Origin: Gloeobacterales cyanobacterium | Lineage (GTDB): Bacteria; Cyanobacteriota; Cyanobacteriia; Gloeobacterales; PMM-0068 | NCBI GenBank assembly: GCA_038245785.1 | Contig: JBBRSB010000031.1 | Location: 1-62,035, forward strand | Direction: 5' to 3' | Length of the DNA: 62,035 nt | In this document: piece after piece, positions 52,305-61,628 of the stretch | Numbering within the stretch: the first letter of the stretch is position 1 | Layout of the letters: the number at the start of each line of letters is the position of its first letter | Translations under genes and position numbers: made by a program | The notes under the pieces: model-generated | Database searches by the model: none | Seen by the model: the letters and a program-made list of their open reading frames with translations, nothing else | Told to the model about the DNA's origin: nothing

Positions 52305-53181
52305 CCCGAAGACTTGATGGGTGAGGGTGGAATCTTTAAGCAGTTGACCAAAGCCTTAGTCGAGCGCTGCTTAACGGCTGAACTGGACACTCATCTGGAG
52401 CAAGAGCGTGCAGAGCCAGAGCCCGCTAGTTCCAATAATCGCCGCAATGGACACAGCAAGAAGACCATTAAAGGCGAGTTTGGGGAAGCTGCGATTGCCG
52501 TGCCGCGCGACCGCCACGGCGAGTTTGAACCAATAATTATCCAGAAGGGCCAGACCCGCTTTACCGGCTTTGATGACGAGACTGTGTCGCTCTACGCCCG
52601 TGGCATGACGACCCGAGATATCCAAGCGAGTTGCACGATTTGTACGGGGTGGAAGTGTCCCACACCCTCATTTCCAACGTGACCGAAGCGGTAGAGACGG
52701 AGCGCAAACTCTGGCAGAATCGGGGGCTCGATGCGGTTTATCCGATGGTCTTTCTCGATACCCTGGTGGTGAAAGTGCGCTAAGAGGGCCGTGTCATCAA
52801 CAAAGCAATTCACCTGGCCTTAGGCGTGAATCTAGCGGGAGAGAAGGAGCTATTGGGGCTGTGGATAACGCAGAACGAATCGTCCAAGTTTTGGTTGTCG
52901 GTGCTAACAGAGTTGCAAAATCGCGGTGTTAAGGACATCTTCATTGCCTGTGTCGATGGGCTCACGGGCTTTCCTGAAGCGATTGAAACAGTCTACCTCC
53001 AGACGCAAATACAGCTTTGTATAGTTCATCTGGTGCGTAATTCCCTCAGCTATGTTTCTTACAAAGACCGCAAAGCCGTCGCTGCTGACCTGAAATTGGT
53101 GTACGGCGCTGCCACAGATGGGCAGGCAGAACACGCACTAATGACCAAGGCAATTTATACTACCAATGCCATTGAATCAAT

Positions 53182-53202
53182 GTGTCCGGCAGGCGGAGCC
53201 GA
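53182..53202 (+). repeat. 21-nt micro-insertion, family B
   Basis: Identical to 49742-49762; removal restores I-E-S-M-N-M-T. Confidence 0.88.
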
Positions 53203-53311
53203 GAACATGACCCTGCGCAAGATTTTACGGAATCATCGTTCTTTTCCGACAGATGAATCTGCCATGAAAGTCATTAATTTAGCAATCCAAAATATTTCTA
53301 AGAAATGGACT

Positions 53312-53335
53312 CGGCCCCTGAGCTATGGCGAAGGG
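53312..53335 (-). repeat. 24-nt micro-insertion, family A
   Basis: Minus strand CCCTTCGCCATAGCTCAGGGGCCG; removal restores K-W-T-M-P-I-R-D-W. Confidence 0.82.
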
Positions 53336-53505
53336 ATGCCGATTCGAGATTGGAAGAGTGCATTAAATCGGTTTGCCATTGAGTTTGAATGGGGTTTCCC
53401 GTGTAGCCATTTCCCCCTTGACACAAACTACTTTACAAACCCGGAAAAAGCATCAATCAAGTTAATTTTTCAATTAATGAAAACCGCAAAGCAACATAAA
53501 TTAAA

Positions 53506-54333
53506 TTACAGTTTCATTAAGTTTCTGTAATACCTGAACCATAGCTTAACTGATTGATCCTGAAGTTCGTGAGATATTTTAATGGGTGTTAACTTTCTGA
53601 GAAGACTTTTTACCAATAGCTTTACTCCATACCTTTCTTTATACATATGCCATGGCTTCTTGTCACCAGCATAATGAATAACTCTAAGGACATATCGATC
53701 GGAATTAAAAGAATAACCAAATAATTGACTATAACTATCCAACTCATAATAAAACATATTATATCCATGATCTAAATGAAGATTTTTTTGATTAGGCCAA
53801 TTAGGATAATAAGCTTGCAGAAAATCTTGATCGCCTCCAGTTTGGGTTTTTTCGATCGTGCCGACTTGGGAGAGCATGTCCTGAAATAATTCCAACGATG
53901 GTTCGACAATCAATAGTCCAGAATTTAATGAATTGTATCTGTCTCTTTCTGGTAGTATTACTCGGTTATTCACAGCAGACATATGTGGTCTTTCAAATAA
54001 CTCATCTATATTTCGAACAATCACCATATCAGCGTCTACATATACCAGCTTGTCAAACTGTGTCAAGCCAAAAATATTTAATTTTGCATAGGTAGGGAAC
54101 CAACGATGCTTCTCATCAATTTGAGTTGGGTTCTCGATATTTTGGATTGTAGTATATTGAATTCCGTGCTTAGATAGAACTTTTAGGACTTCATCTGATA
54201 TATTGGGCGTTATTAGAAGTAGAAAAGGATGTTTAGAATTTGTTTTTTTCAACGAATGATGTAGGACTAACACACCTTCTAAAAAGTTATTTGAAGTGAT
54301 TATAGAGACAAAGCTAAATCTTTCTGAGGCCAT
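53506..54333 (-). CDS. Glycosyltransferase family 8 (glycogenin-like)
   Basis: KLVYVDAD, LNSGLL, GDQDFL, HYAGDKKPW. Confidence 0.9.
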   Translation of the reverse strand: MASERFSFVSIITSNNFLEGVLVLHHSLKKTNSKHPFLLLITPNISDEVLKVLSKHGIQYTTIQNIENPTQIDEKHRWFPTYAKLNIFGLTQFDKLVYVDADMVIVRNIDELFERPHMSAVNNRVILPERDRYNSLNSGLLIVEPSLELFQDMLSQVGTIEKTQTGGDQDFLQAYYPNWPNQKNLHLDHGYNMFYYELDSYSQLFGYSFNSDRYVLRVIHYAGDKKPWHMYKERYGVKLLVKSLLRKLTPIKISHELQDQSVKLWFRYYRNLMKL

Positions 54334-54634
54334 ATCTAATCTCTGAAAAATAAGGAAAATAATAAAATTGTTGCACGACACTCTGCTTCAGCTTAGAGCT
54401 ATTCTATTTGAGCTGGCTTGTCACTTGGCCAGAATCTTTCTGACACTTCCTAACTCATGACAACAAACGTTATGTCTCTAGTAATACATGATTCCATATA
54501 GGAAGGACTATTGGAGTTACCATCCCCAGAAATAACAACGAGTTCAGGACTAAATTCCTTAAGAAATCTAAACGCCCTATCGGGATAGAACCTAGCTATC
54601 AACCTCTAAATTAGGTTATTGTACCGACGTACAA

Positions 54635-56332
54635 CTATACAACCCGATTTTTCGATGTCTGATATCTGCTTTGCTTACTTTTCCCTTCCTTTAAGCGCCA
54701 GTATAACCAATAGGGTAGTAAAAGGCTGAAACGTCCCCCCCTTGGACCGACGCCATGTTTTTTGACCTGTCCCCACCAGAGCCGTAAACGATGAGTAATG
54801 GGGAGCATTGGTAGACGCGCTTGAATGGCCCAGTCAACCCAGTTGTCTATCCAACTATGAATACGCTGTATGAAGACATCTGGCTCACCTATAAACATCT
54901 GATCCATGGGAGCAGTCCTTACGATTTCTCTGGGCTCAGTAGAAGCATGAGCATAGACTTCTTCTAGAGACTTCTGCCAGTAACTTTCTGTGTGGGTCTC
55001 AACAATTTTTTTACGTGTTGCTTCGCCCAAAGATAGCCGATATTCCTCATCTTCAATTAGGTGTGACAATGTTTTTCTATACTCTTCAAGATCTCGTGTG
55101 CGAATCAAATTACCATTTAGACCAGGCATATCAGCACCAAGCACGGCAGATGCATCAGAATAGAGGAAGCGACTCACCAAAGGAACACCATAACTTCCTG
55201 CTTCTAACAGGGATGTAGTCGAGATAAAAGGAAATGAATCGACATAGATATCAGCTGCTTGGTGAAATATGGCGGTGTCATCCCGCTCTGGGTATACGAT
55301 AATTCTCCCCTGAGTTCGCTCAATAGCAGCAGACCAATCCACTCTGTAACCTGCACCAACGACAACGAGAAAAGCACTTTCATATCGTTCTAGCAATGGG
55401 ACGTGTGCATCCGCAAAGCTTATTCCGTCGATCGTATTATATTTAACGGCTCTAGCAATTGAGAGCAGTAAAACGCTGTTTTTAGGAATCCCAATCTTCC
55501 GTTTGGCTTCTGTTCGAGAAAGTACTCTTTGCGGAGGAACTATAATAATAGGAAGTAGTACACTCCGATTTGGAGAAATTCCTCTGCGTTCTTGAGCTAG
55601 ATGCAGACCAGATTTACGGAGACTAATTGCGATATCACTGATGCCAGCACCCAACCAAAACATATGATCGGCATGGTCTAGAAAGAGGATAGTTGGAGAT
55701 TGCTCCTTATTTGCAAAAGCAATTAAGGGAACAACATCAAAGTTATATATATGCAAAATAACCAGATCTGCCGCCGCCGCAATTTCTCGTAGGCGTTTTG
55801 CCTGAGCAATAAGCTCAAAATCTCCAATCTTTTCATTTAGGACGTATATCTTGCCGTGACTATCGTTCACAGCCTCTCTCAACAGGTGGGGGATCTCAGC
55901 CGCATCCTGCCGCGTTAGCACGAGAGAGTGGGAGCGCTCGGTATCCTGCTGAATCCAGCGCCAAATCATTCTGGAATGACCACCTATACTCATGACCGAG
56001 GTGGCAACATGCAAGACATGCTTTGGTGTCTTATGCAAAGGGGGGCTTTGAGCAGAACTCAAGCTGATTGGGATAGCCTTCTGTCCGATCTTAGAGAGAA
56101 TAGACTCTAGCTCTGGACTCACAAAAAGACCACAATGTTTACCGACTGCATAAATGGCTGCTATTTCTGCATACATTGCCGCAGCATCATACTGACTGCG
56201 CTCCATAAATTTTTTTGCCTGTGCAACCAGACTACGAAATTCCTCAAAGTTTTGCTGGATAAGAAGGCTACCTTCTTCTCGCCAGAGGCTAAGTGTATCG
56301 TTATCTAATGTCTCCTTATCTATTTTTTCCAT
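54635..56332 (-). CDS. Large GT-B-fold glycosyltransferase-like protein
   Basis: IGGHSRMI, ADIYVDSFP...TSLLEAGSYGVP. Confidence 0.75.
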   Translation of the reverse strand: MEKIDKETLDNDTLSLWREEGSLLIQQNFEEFRSLVAQAKKFMERSQYDAAAMYAEIAAIYAVGKHCGLFVSPELESILSKIGQKAIPISLSSAQSPPLHKTPKHVLHVATSVMSIGGHSRMIWRWIQQDTERSHSLVLTRQDAAEIPHLLREAVNDSHGKIYVLNEKIGDFELIAQAKRLREIAAAADLVILHIYNFDVVPLIAFANKEQSPTILFLDHADHMFWLGAGISDIAISLRKSGLHLAQERRGISPNRSVLLPIIIVPPQRVLSRTEAKRKIGIPKNSVLLLSIARAVKYNTIDGISFADAHVPLLERYESAFLVVVGAGYRVDWSAAIERTQGRIIVYPERDDTAIFHQAADIYVDSFPFISTTSLLEAGSYGVPLVSRFLYSDASAVLGADMPGLNGNLIRTRDLEEYRKTLSHLIEDEEYRLSLGEATRKKIVETHTESYWQKSLEEVYAHASTEPREIVRTAPMDQMFIGEPDVFIQRIHSWIDNWVDWAIQARLPMLPITHRLRLWWGQVKKHGVGPRGGRFSLLLPYWLYWRLKEGKSKQSRYQTSKNRVV

Positions 56333-56364
56333 ACAACTCCTTTACTAACTTCTACATAGTCTTG

Positions 56365-57561
56365 CTAACAAACTGTCTTCAAAACCTCTATTGCATGATC
56401 CTGTTCTGTCTCGGTCATCTGATGGAATAGAGGCAACAAAATGGCATGATCTTGGGCTTGCTCACTCTCGGAGAGGCGAGCACACATTCCTACTTCGCAG
56501 ACGCAGGTTTCTCGATCCATTCCACAGGACCAAGCTTCAACTTGATAAGCGGGTTCGCGGTGCGTGCACATAATTCCGCGTCTGGTAGAAATCCCTGCAT
56601 CCAGCATGGTTTGCATCACTTGCTGCTGCTCACAATGCTCTGGCAAACGGACACAGTAGCTCTGCCAGTTACTTCGTGCCCAAGCTGGCTCGGTGGGTAA
56701 TTTCAATCCCGGCACCTCTGCCAGCATTTCCCGATAACGCTCTGCCAGGTAACGGCGACGTTCGATAATTTTTGGTAAGCGCTTGAGCTGTTCGCGTCCA
56801 ACGGCTGCCTGGATGTCCGTCATGCGATAGTTGTAGCCCAACATCGGGTAAGACTCGAAAATGACTTGTTTAGCCCCGTGCCGCACGGTATCGGCCACGC
56901 TCATCCCGTGCTGCCGCCAAAGGCGAAACTGCTTGTCCCACTCAGGGTTGTTGGTGGTAAGCATGCCACCGTCACCTGTGGTAATCACCTTGCGGGGGTG
57001 AAAAGAAAAGCAGGCAATATCCCCATGGGGTTTGCCGATTTTTTCCCACTGCCCATCCCGAAGAATTTCACTGCCGATGGCACAGGCTGCATCTTCAATC
57101 ACGGGCAATTCGTAGTGGTGGGCAATGTCCAAAAGCGCTTTGAGATCGCACGGCATTCCCATCTGGTGAACCACAAGAATGGCGCGCGTACGATCGCTGA
57201 CTGCATCTTCGATTAAGACCGGGTTGATGTTAAACGTCTGGGGTTCAATATCAACAAATACGGGCGTTGCGTCACAATAGCGGATGCTGTTAGCTGTAGC
57301 AATGTAAGAATGGCTGACGGTTATCACCTCGTCCCCTGGATGCACACCGACAGCGAGGAGCGCTAGGTGCAGAGCCGTCGTACAGTTGGAGACTGCACAG
57401 GCATGGGTTGCCCCCACATAGGCCGCAAACTCTTGCTCAAAGGCAGCCACTTCCGGTCCCTGGGTAACCCAGCCCGCCATGATCGGGCGCTTCGCTGCCT
57501 CAGCTTCTGCTTCCCCTAGCCAGGGTTTGGCAATGGGAATATTTTGCATCTTCTCAGACAT
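56365..57561 (-). CDS. DegT/DnrJ/EryC1/StrS aminotransferase
   Basis: IEDAAC, FSFHPRKVITTGDGG, GYNYRM. Confidence 0.95.
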   Translation of the reverse strand: MSEKMQNIPIAKPWLGEAEAEAAKRPIMAGWVTQGPEVAAFEQEFAAYVGATHACAVSNCTTALHLALLAVGVHPGDEVITVSHSYIATANSIRYCDATPVFVDIEPQTFNINPVLIEDAVSDRTRAILVVHQMGMPCDLKALLDIAHHYELPVIEDAACAIGSEILRDGQWEKIGKPHGDIACFSFHPRKVITTGDGGMLTTNNPEWDKQFRLWRQHGMSVADTVRHGAKQVIFESYPMLGYNYRMTDIQAAVGREQLKRLPKIIERRRYLAERYREMLAEVPGLKLPTEPAWARSNWQSYCVRLPEHCEQQQVMQTMLDAGISTRRGIMCTHREPAYQVEAWSCGMDRETCVCEVGMCARLSESEQAQDHAILLPLFHQMTETEQDHAIEVLKTVC

Positions 57562-58528
57562 TGCTGGTTTCCTTTGTTAGCTGTTGCTCACGCCACCAAT
57601 TCACCAACCGACTTAATCCATCTTCCAGAGATACTTCGGCTTCAAAGCCCAATAATTTTTTCGCTTTAACAATATCTGCCAGGCGACGCTGCACAGGATT
57701 GGCTTTGCGCTCTGGACCATATTCTGGTGTCAGGTCAGATCCCATGACCTTGGCCAAACTGTAAGCCAAATCGTTTAGGCTCGTTTCCACGCCGCTAGCC
57801 ACGTTGAATACCTCATCTGTCACCTTTGCTTTGGCCGCCAAAATGTTGGCTCTAGCAATGTCTTCTATATAGACAAAGTCCATGGTCTGTTTGCCGTCTC
57901 CAAAGATGAGGGGTGGCTGACCCGCAACGATGCGATCCATCCAGCGAATTAAGACCTCGGTGTAAACTCCGTAAATATCCATGCGCGGACCATAAACATT
58001 GAAGTAGCGTAGGGCTACGTAGTCCAACCCATACATTTCGTGGAAGCTACGCAATAGCCCTTCATTAAAGACCTTTGCTGCACCGTAAATCGTGCGGTTG
58101 CTGTAGGGATGGTGGGACTCTGTGGTGGGGAATTCTTCAGCCATGCCATAAATCGAGGCTGACGAGGCCGCTACCACCTTTCTTACTTTGGCATTCACTG
58201 CTGCTTCTAAGACATTGAAGGTACCATCTGCCAGAACTTCTAACGCCAGACGCGGTTCTTCGGCACATTGGGTAATGCGGATTGCTGCTTGATGAAAGAC
58301 AATGTCTACCCCTTGCATAACATCAGTGAGCAGTTTTTGATCCCGAATGTCACCCTCAACAATAACCAGGTGCCCTTGCTCTTGTGCCGCAGCCAGGTTC
58401 GCCATCCGTCCCCGCGTGAAGTTATCGAGGACGATAATTTCGGAAACTCCCTCCTTGACGAGCAAATCGGCAATATGAGAACCAACTAAACCAGCCCCAC
58501 CCGTAATCAGCACTCGACTATTTTGCAT
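57554..58528 (-). CDS. NAD-dependent nucleotide-sugar epimerase/dehydratase
   Basis: TGGAGLVG, YGAAK, LRYFNVYGP. Confidence 0.95.
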   Translation of the reverse strand: MQNSRVLITGGAGLVGSHIADLLVKEGVSEIIVLDNFTRGRMANLAAAQEQGHLVIVEGDIRDQKLLTDVMQGVDIVFHQAAIRITQCAEEPRLALEVLADGTFNVLEAAVNAKVRKVVAASSASIYGMAEEFPTTESHHPYSNRTIYGAAKVFNEGLLRSFHEMYGLDYVALRYFNVYGPRMDIYGVYTEVLIRWMDRIVAGQPPLIFGDGKQTMDFVYIEDIARANILAAKAKVTDEVFNVASGVETSLNDLAYSLAKVMGSDLTPEYGPERKANPVQRRLADIVKAKKLLGFEAEVSLEDGLSRLVNWWREQQLTKETSNV

Positions 58529-59498
58529 TTTCTTTTAACCTTATAATTTCCTGTTCAAGCGTTTGGATACGATTCAATAGGTCTGACATGTGCAAGCCTA
58601 AACTACTTTTAACAGACTTAACTATGTTGGCTGCAGCTGTCTTTTCATTTCCTTCAAATTGCATCTCAAAAATTCTTAGTACTCCATCACCTGTGAGTAC
58701 ATCAACATACCCTTCCGTTCTTGATCTACCGATGACGCGACCGGGGATGCGCCCCACATAGGAAGGAGCATTGTCAACGGGTCTGGCTTTCCATATCAGC
58801 AATTTTTTTCCTTGGAAGTATGTATAGGCACCAGGGAAAGGAGAAACCAATGAGCGAATAAAGCAGTCTATGCTTTTGGTAGAATTTGACCACTTGATCT
58901 CACCATCTTCGGGAAGGCGAGTGCAGCAATAAGTAGCTTCAACGCTATTTTGTGCTGTGCCTTCATAGCCGTTTAATGCCTTGACAACAGTCTCTCCCAA
59001 ATGTTGCTGCTGGATATCATTTAATCGATCATAGAGATCAGCTACAGTGTCATCCCCGCCAATTGGAATTAATTGCTGAAATAAAATATTCCCCTCGTCT
59101 AGATCAGGTGAGATTTTATGAATTGTGATCGCTGTGCACGATTCATCATTAATCAGTGCCCAGTTGACATTGGCACGACCACGATACTGGGGTAAGGGAG
59201 AATAATGGACGTTGATAAAGGTAGACAGTTCAAGCAATTCTATGGGCAGAATTTGGTTGTAGGAAGAAACGACCACACAATCTGGCTGAAACTTTAGAAT
59301 TAATGATTGAATCTCTTTTTGGGAGGGGTCTGGAAATATAGGGATGCCGACTTGTTGAGCCAGGTTGACAACCGGGTCATCACCGTTAGAGGCAGCGGCT
59401 ATCGGTCTCACGATCCCTTGCACCTTGCATCTAGATAGTAGGGATTCCAGGGCGGTTAAGGTGGTTGGGCCTAGACCAATGAGTAGGACGTTTGCCAT
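58518..59498 (-). CDS. Formyltransferase (Fmt-like, probably sugar N-formyltransferase)
   Basis: INVHYSPLPQYRG, DEGNI, PFPGAYT; nucleotide-sugar context. Confidence 0.88.
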   Translation of the reverse strand: MANVLLIGLGPTTLTALESLLSRCKVQGIVRPIAAASNGDDPVVNLAQQVGIPIFPDPSQKEIQSLILKFQPDCVVVSSYNQILPIELLELSTFINVHYSPLPQYRGRANVNWALINDESCTAITIHKISPDLDEGNILFQQLIPIGGDDTVADLYDRLNDIQQQHLGETVVKALNGYEGTAQNSVEATYCCTRLPEDGEIKWSNSTKSIDCFIRSLVSPFPGAYTYFQGKKLLIWKARPVDNAPSYVGRIPGRVIGRSRTEGYVDVLTGDGVLRIFEMQFEGNEKTAAANIVKSVKSSLGLHMSDLLNRIQTLEQEIIRLKENAK

Positions 59499-59511
59499 TT
59501 GTTACTTCCCT

Positions 59512-60522
59512 TCACAGCAACTGCACAAATTCCATGGCTGGATCGCTGGACTGCGATGATTGACGCCAGACCACCTCAGCAGCTTTCAGCCCACCTGTTT
59601 GCAAGCGGATAATCGGTTCGGGTCCTACGGCAGAGGGCAGAATCCCCATATGCCCCGGTTTCGGCTCTTCTGCTGGACAGATAGGAATGTTTTGGGTTGA
59701 AAAGGCAGACCGCTCAATGTCTCCCCAGTATTGGGCGACCAGTGCCCCTGGCCAATACTTGGCCACCGATATTGCGTCTGTGGCAGACAGTACTGGTTCT
59801 GGTCGTGGCTGCAAGGCGACCAAAATAGCATCGTAGGTTTTGTCGATGGGGGCTGTTGCGAGACTTTCAACAGTATCTACCCGTGCACCAGCATTTACTA
59901 GACCCTGTTCGATAAATGAACGAAACGGGTTATCGCACAACAACAAAATATCGCTTGTGTAAACAGCTACTCCTGAATCCAGCAGGAGCTTGACCGCCAT
60001 AATCCCCAGAAAGGAAAATACGTCTACAGCCGGATGGTGCTCATTTACCCCTACAACCTTGATCCCTTTCTGAAGGCAGGCGGTGAGATCTATATCTTCC
60101 GGTCTGAATTCCCAGGCCTCATACATGAGTCCAATGACAGCGGTAGACTTCATCCACCCAATCATTTCCGAATCAATGGGCCGTACGTGTCCACTATTCG
60201 TAATGATGTCGGCCTGTGCGACCAGCTCAGGCAACTTCTGCGTGATAAATTCGATACGTCCACCTACGCCTGCAATCTCTGCTAGTTGCTGTGTCTTCTC
60301 TTTCACCTGTTCTACCGTTCCATAGGGACTGCTCCGGGTAAGCGCAAACACCTTTTCAGCTCCTGCCATGGCCGCCAATACAGGGGTGACTGCATAGGCT
60401 CCCGTTGCTGCTTCTGTAAGTACGATCGTTTTTTGAAGTTGCAGATCGCAGCGCAGAATTGCCTGACGCATCAGGGAGACAAGGCGATGGGGGTTTAAAC
60501 CAGGACGGATGTCAGTGATCAA
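59512..60522 (-). CDS. Hypothetical enzyme (Rossmann-like)
   Basis: VLTEAATGAY, ADIITNSGHVRP, LMYEAWE; tightly coupled in the operon. Confidence 0.7.
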   Translation of the reverse strand: MITDIRPGLNPHRLVSLMRQAILRCDLQLQKTIVLTEAATGAYAVTPVLAAMAGAEKVFALTRSSPYGTVEQVKEKTQQLAEIAGVGGRIEFITQKLPELVAQADIITNSGHVRPIDSEMIGWMKSTAVIGLMYEAWEFRPEDIDLTACLQKGIKVVGVNEHHPAVDVFSFLGIMAVKLLLDSGVAVYTSDILLLCDNPFRSFIEQGLVNAGARVDTVESLATAPIDKTYDAILVALQPRPEPVLSATDAISVAKYWPGALVAQYWGDIERSAFSTQNIPICPAEEPKPGHMGILPSAVGPEPIIRLQTGGLKAAEVVWRQSSQSSDPAMEFVQLL

Positions 60523-61628
60523 ATCCCTGTTCCCTGAAGAATGTTCTGAAGACTTTCAGCAACGGTATTAATCTGTGCTGAGGTGAGTTCGGCATGCATA
60601 GGTAGGGAGAGTACCCTCCCAGCGGCTTGTTCAGAATGAGGAAAATCACCTAGCTTGTATCCCAAATCGGAATAGGCTGCTTGCAAATGTACTGGAATGG
60701 GATAGTGGATACCGGTTTGGATGCCCTGCTCATTAAGCTTCTGCTGTAACAGATCCCGCTGCTGCACTTGCACAGCATAAATATGGTAGACATGATGGCT
60801 GTAGGGCATGACAGCCGGAATTTTAACGCCAGAGTTTGCCAAGAGAGCGTCGTACCTTTCCGCATTGGCCCTTCGGGCATCCGTCCACGCATCCAAGTGG
60901 CGCAACTTAACCCGCAAAATCGCTCCTTGTAAACCATCCATTCGGTAGTTGTAACCTTTGAGAACATGGTGGTACCTTTGCCCTTGTCCCCAGTCACGAA
61001 ACATCTGGATAGTACGAGCATGTTCGGGATTATTCGTGACTACCATGCCTCCCTCCCCATAAGCTCCTAAGTTCTTACCGGGATAAAAGCTGAAACAGCC
61101 TAAATTACCGATACTACCTACCCGACGCCCTTTGTACTCGGCTCTATGAGCTTGGGCCGCATCCTCAATGACGGCCAGACCATAACGACGGGCAACTTCC
61201 AAAATTGGATCCATGTCTGCTGGTTGACCATATAAATGCACAGGCAGAATAGCTTTAGTCCGCTCGGTGATGGCCTTTTCAATTTGTGTGACATCAAGGG
61301 TATAGGAGACTGGATCAATATCTACGAAAACAGGTGTGGCTCCGGTGTAACCAATCGCAGCTACCGTAGCAACAAACGTAAATGGTACAGTTATGACTTC
61401 GTCGCCAGGACCGATCCCATTGGCCAGTAGTGCCAGATGGAGGGCACTAGTTCCTGTATTGACGGCAATACCATAATCAGCGCCACAGTAATGGGCAAAC
61501 TCTTCTTCGAAGGCTTTTACTTCATTTCCCAAGATGAACTGGGTACTCTCTAGCACTCCAGCAACAGCGGTGTTGATTTCGTCTTTAATGCTGATGTATT
61601 GAGCCTTCAGGTCTACAAATGGAATCAC
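60519..61628 (-). CDS. DegT/DnrJ/EryC1/StrS aminotransferase
   Basis: MIPFVDL, IEDAAQAH, FSFYPGKNLGAYGEGG. Confidence 0.95.
   Translation of the reverse strand: MIPFVDLKAQYISIKDEINTAVAGVLESTQFILGNEVKAFEEEFAHYCGADYGIAVNTGTSALHLALLANGIGPGDEVITVPFTFVATVAAIGYTGATPVFVDIDPVSYTLDVTQIEKAITERTKAILPVHLYGQPADMDPILEVARRYGLAVIEDAAQAHRAEYKGRRVGSIGNLGCFSFYPGKNLGAYGEGGMVVTNNPEHARTIQMFRDWGQGQRYHHVLKGYNYRMDGLQGAILRVKLRHLDAWTDARRANAERYDALLANSGVKIPAVMPYSHHVYHIYAVQVQQRDLLQQKLNEQGIQTGIHYPIPVHLQAAYSDLGYKLGDFPHSEQAAGRVLSLPMHAELTSAQINTVAESLQNILQGTGI

Larger units (their letters stand above)
52159..53442 (+). mobile_element. IS256-family element with transposase pseudogene
   Basis: 25-bp TIRs GGGCATGTAAATTAGTTTGTGCTAA / GGGTTTGTAAAGTAGTTTGTGTCAA (20/25); GGAAAAA target duplication; RRNG, VPRDR, VDGLTG, QLCIVH, YTTNAIES; frameshifts, TAA at 52781, internal deletion. 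Confidence 0.92.

Noticed and set aside
52826..53530. 234-aa ORF as a functional transposase
   Set aside because: Fragment with internal deletion and two micro-insertions, running past the IS right end.
54400..54600. Possible GT4 gene remnant on the minus strand
   Set aside because: Short, contains a stop, and similarity is too weak to call without a search.
186..61430. Numerous short antisense or alternate-frame ORFs in the track
   Set aside because: They overlap well-supported genes and show no family motifs.
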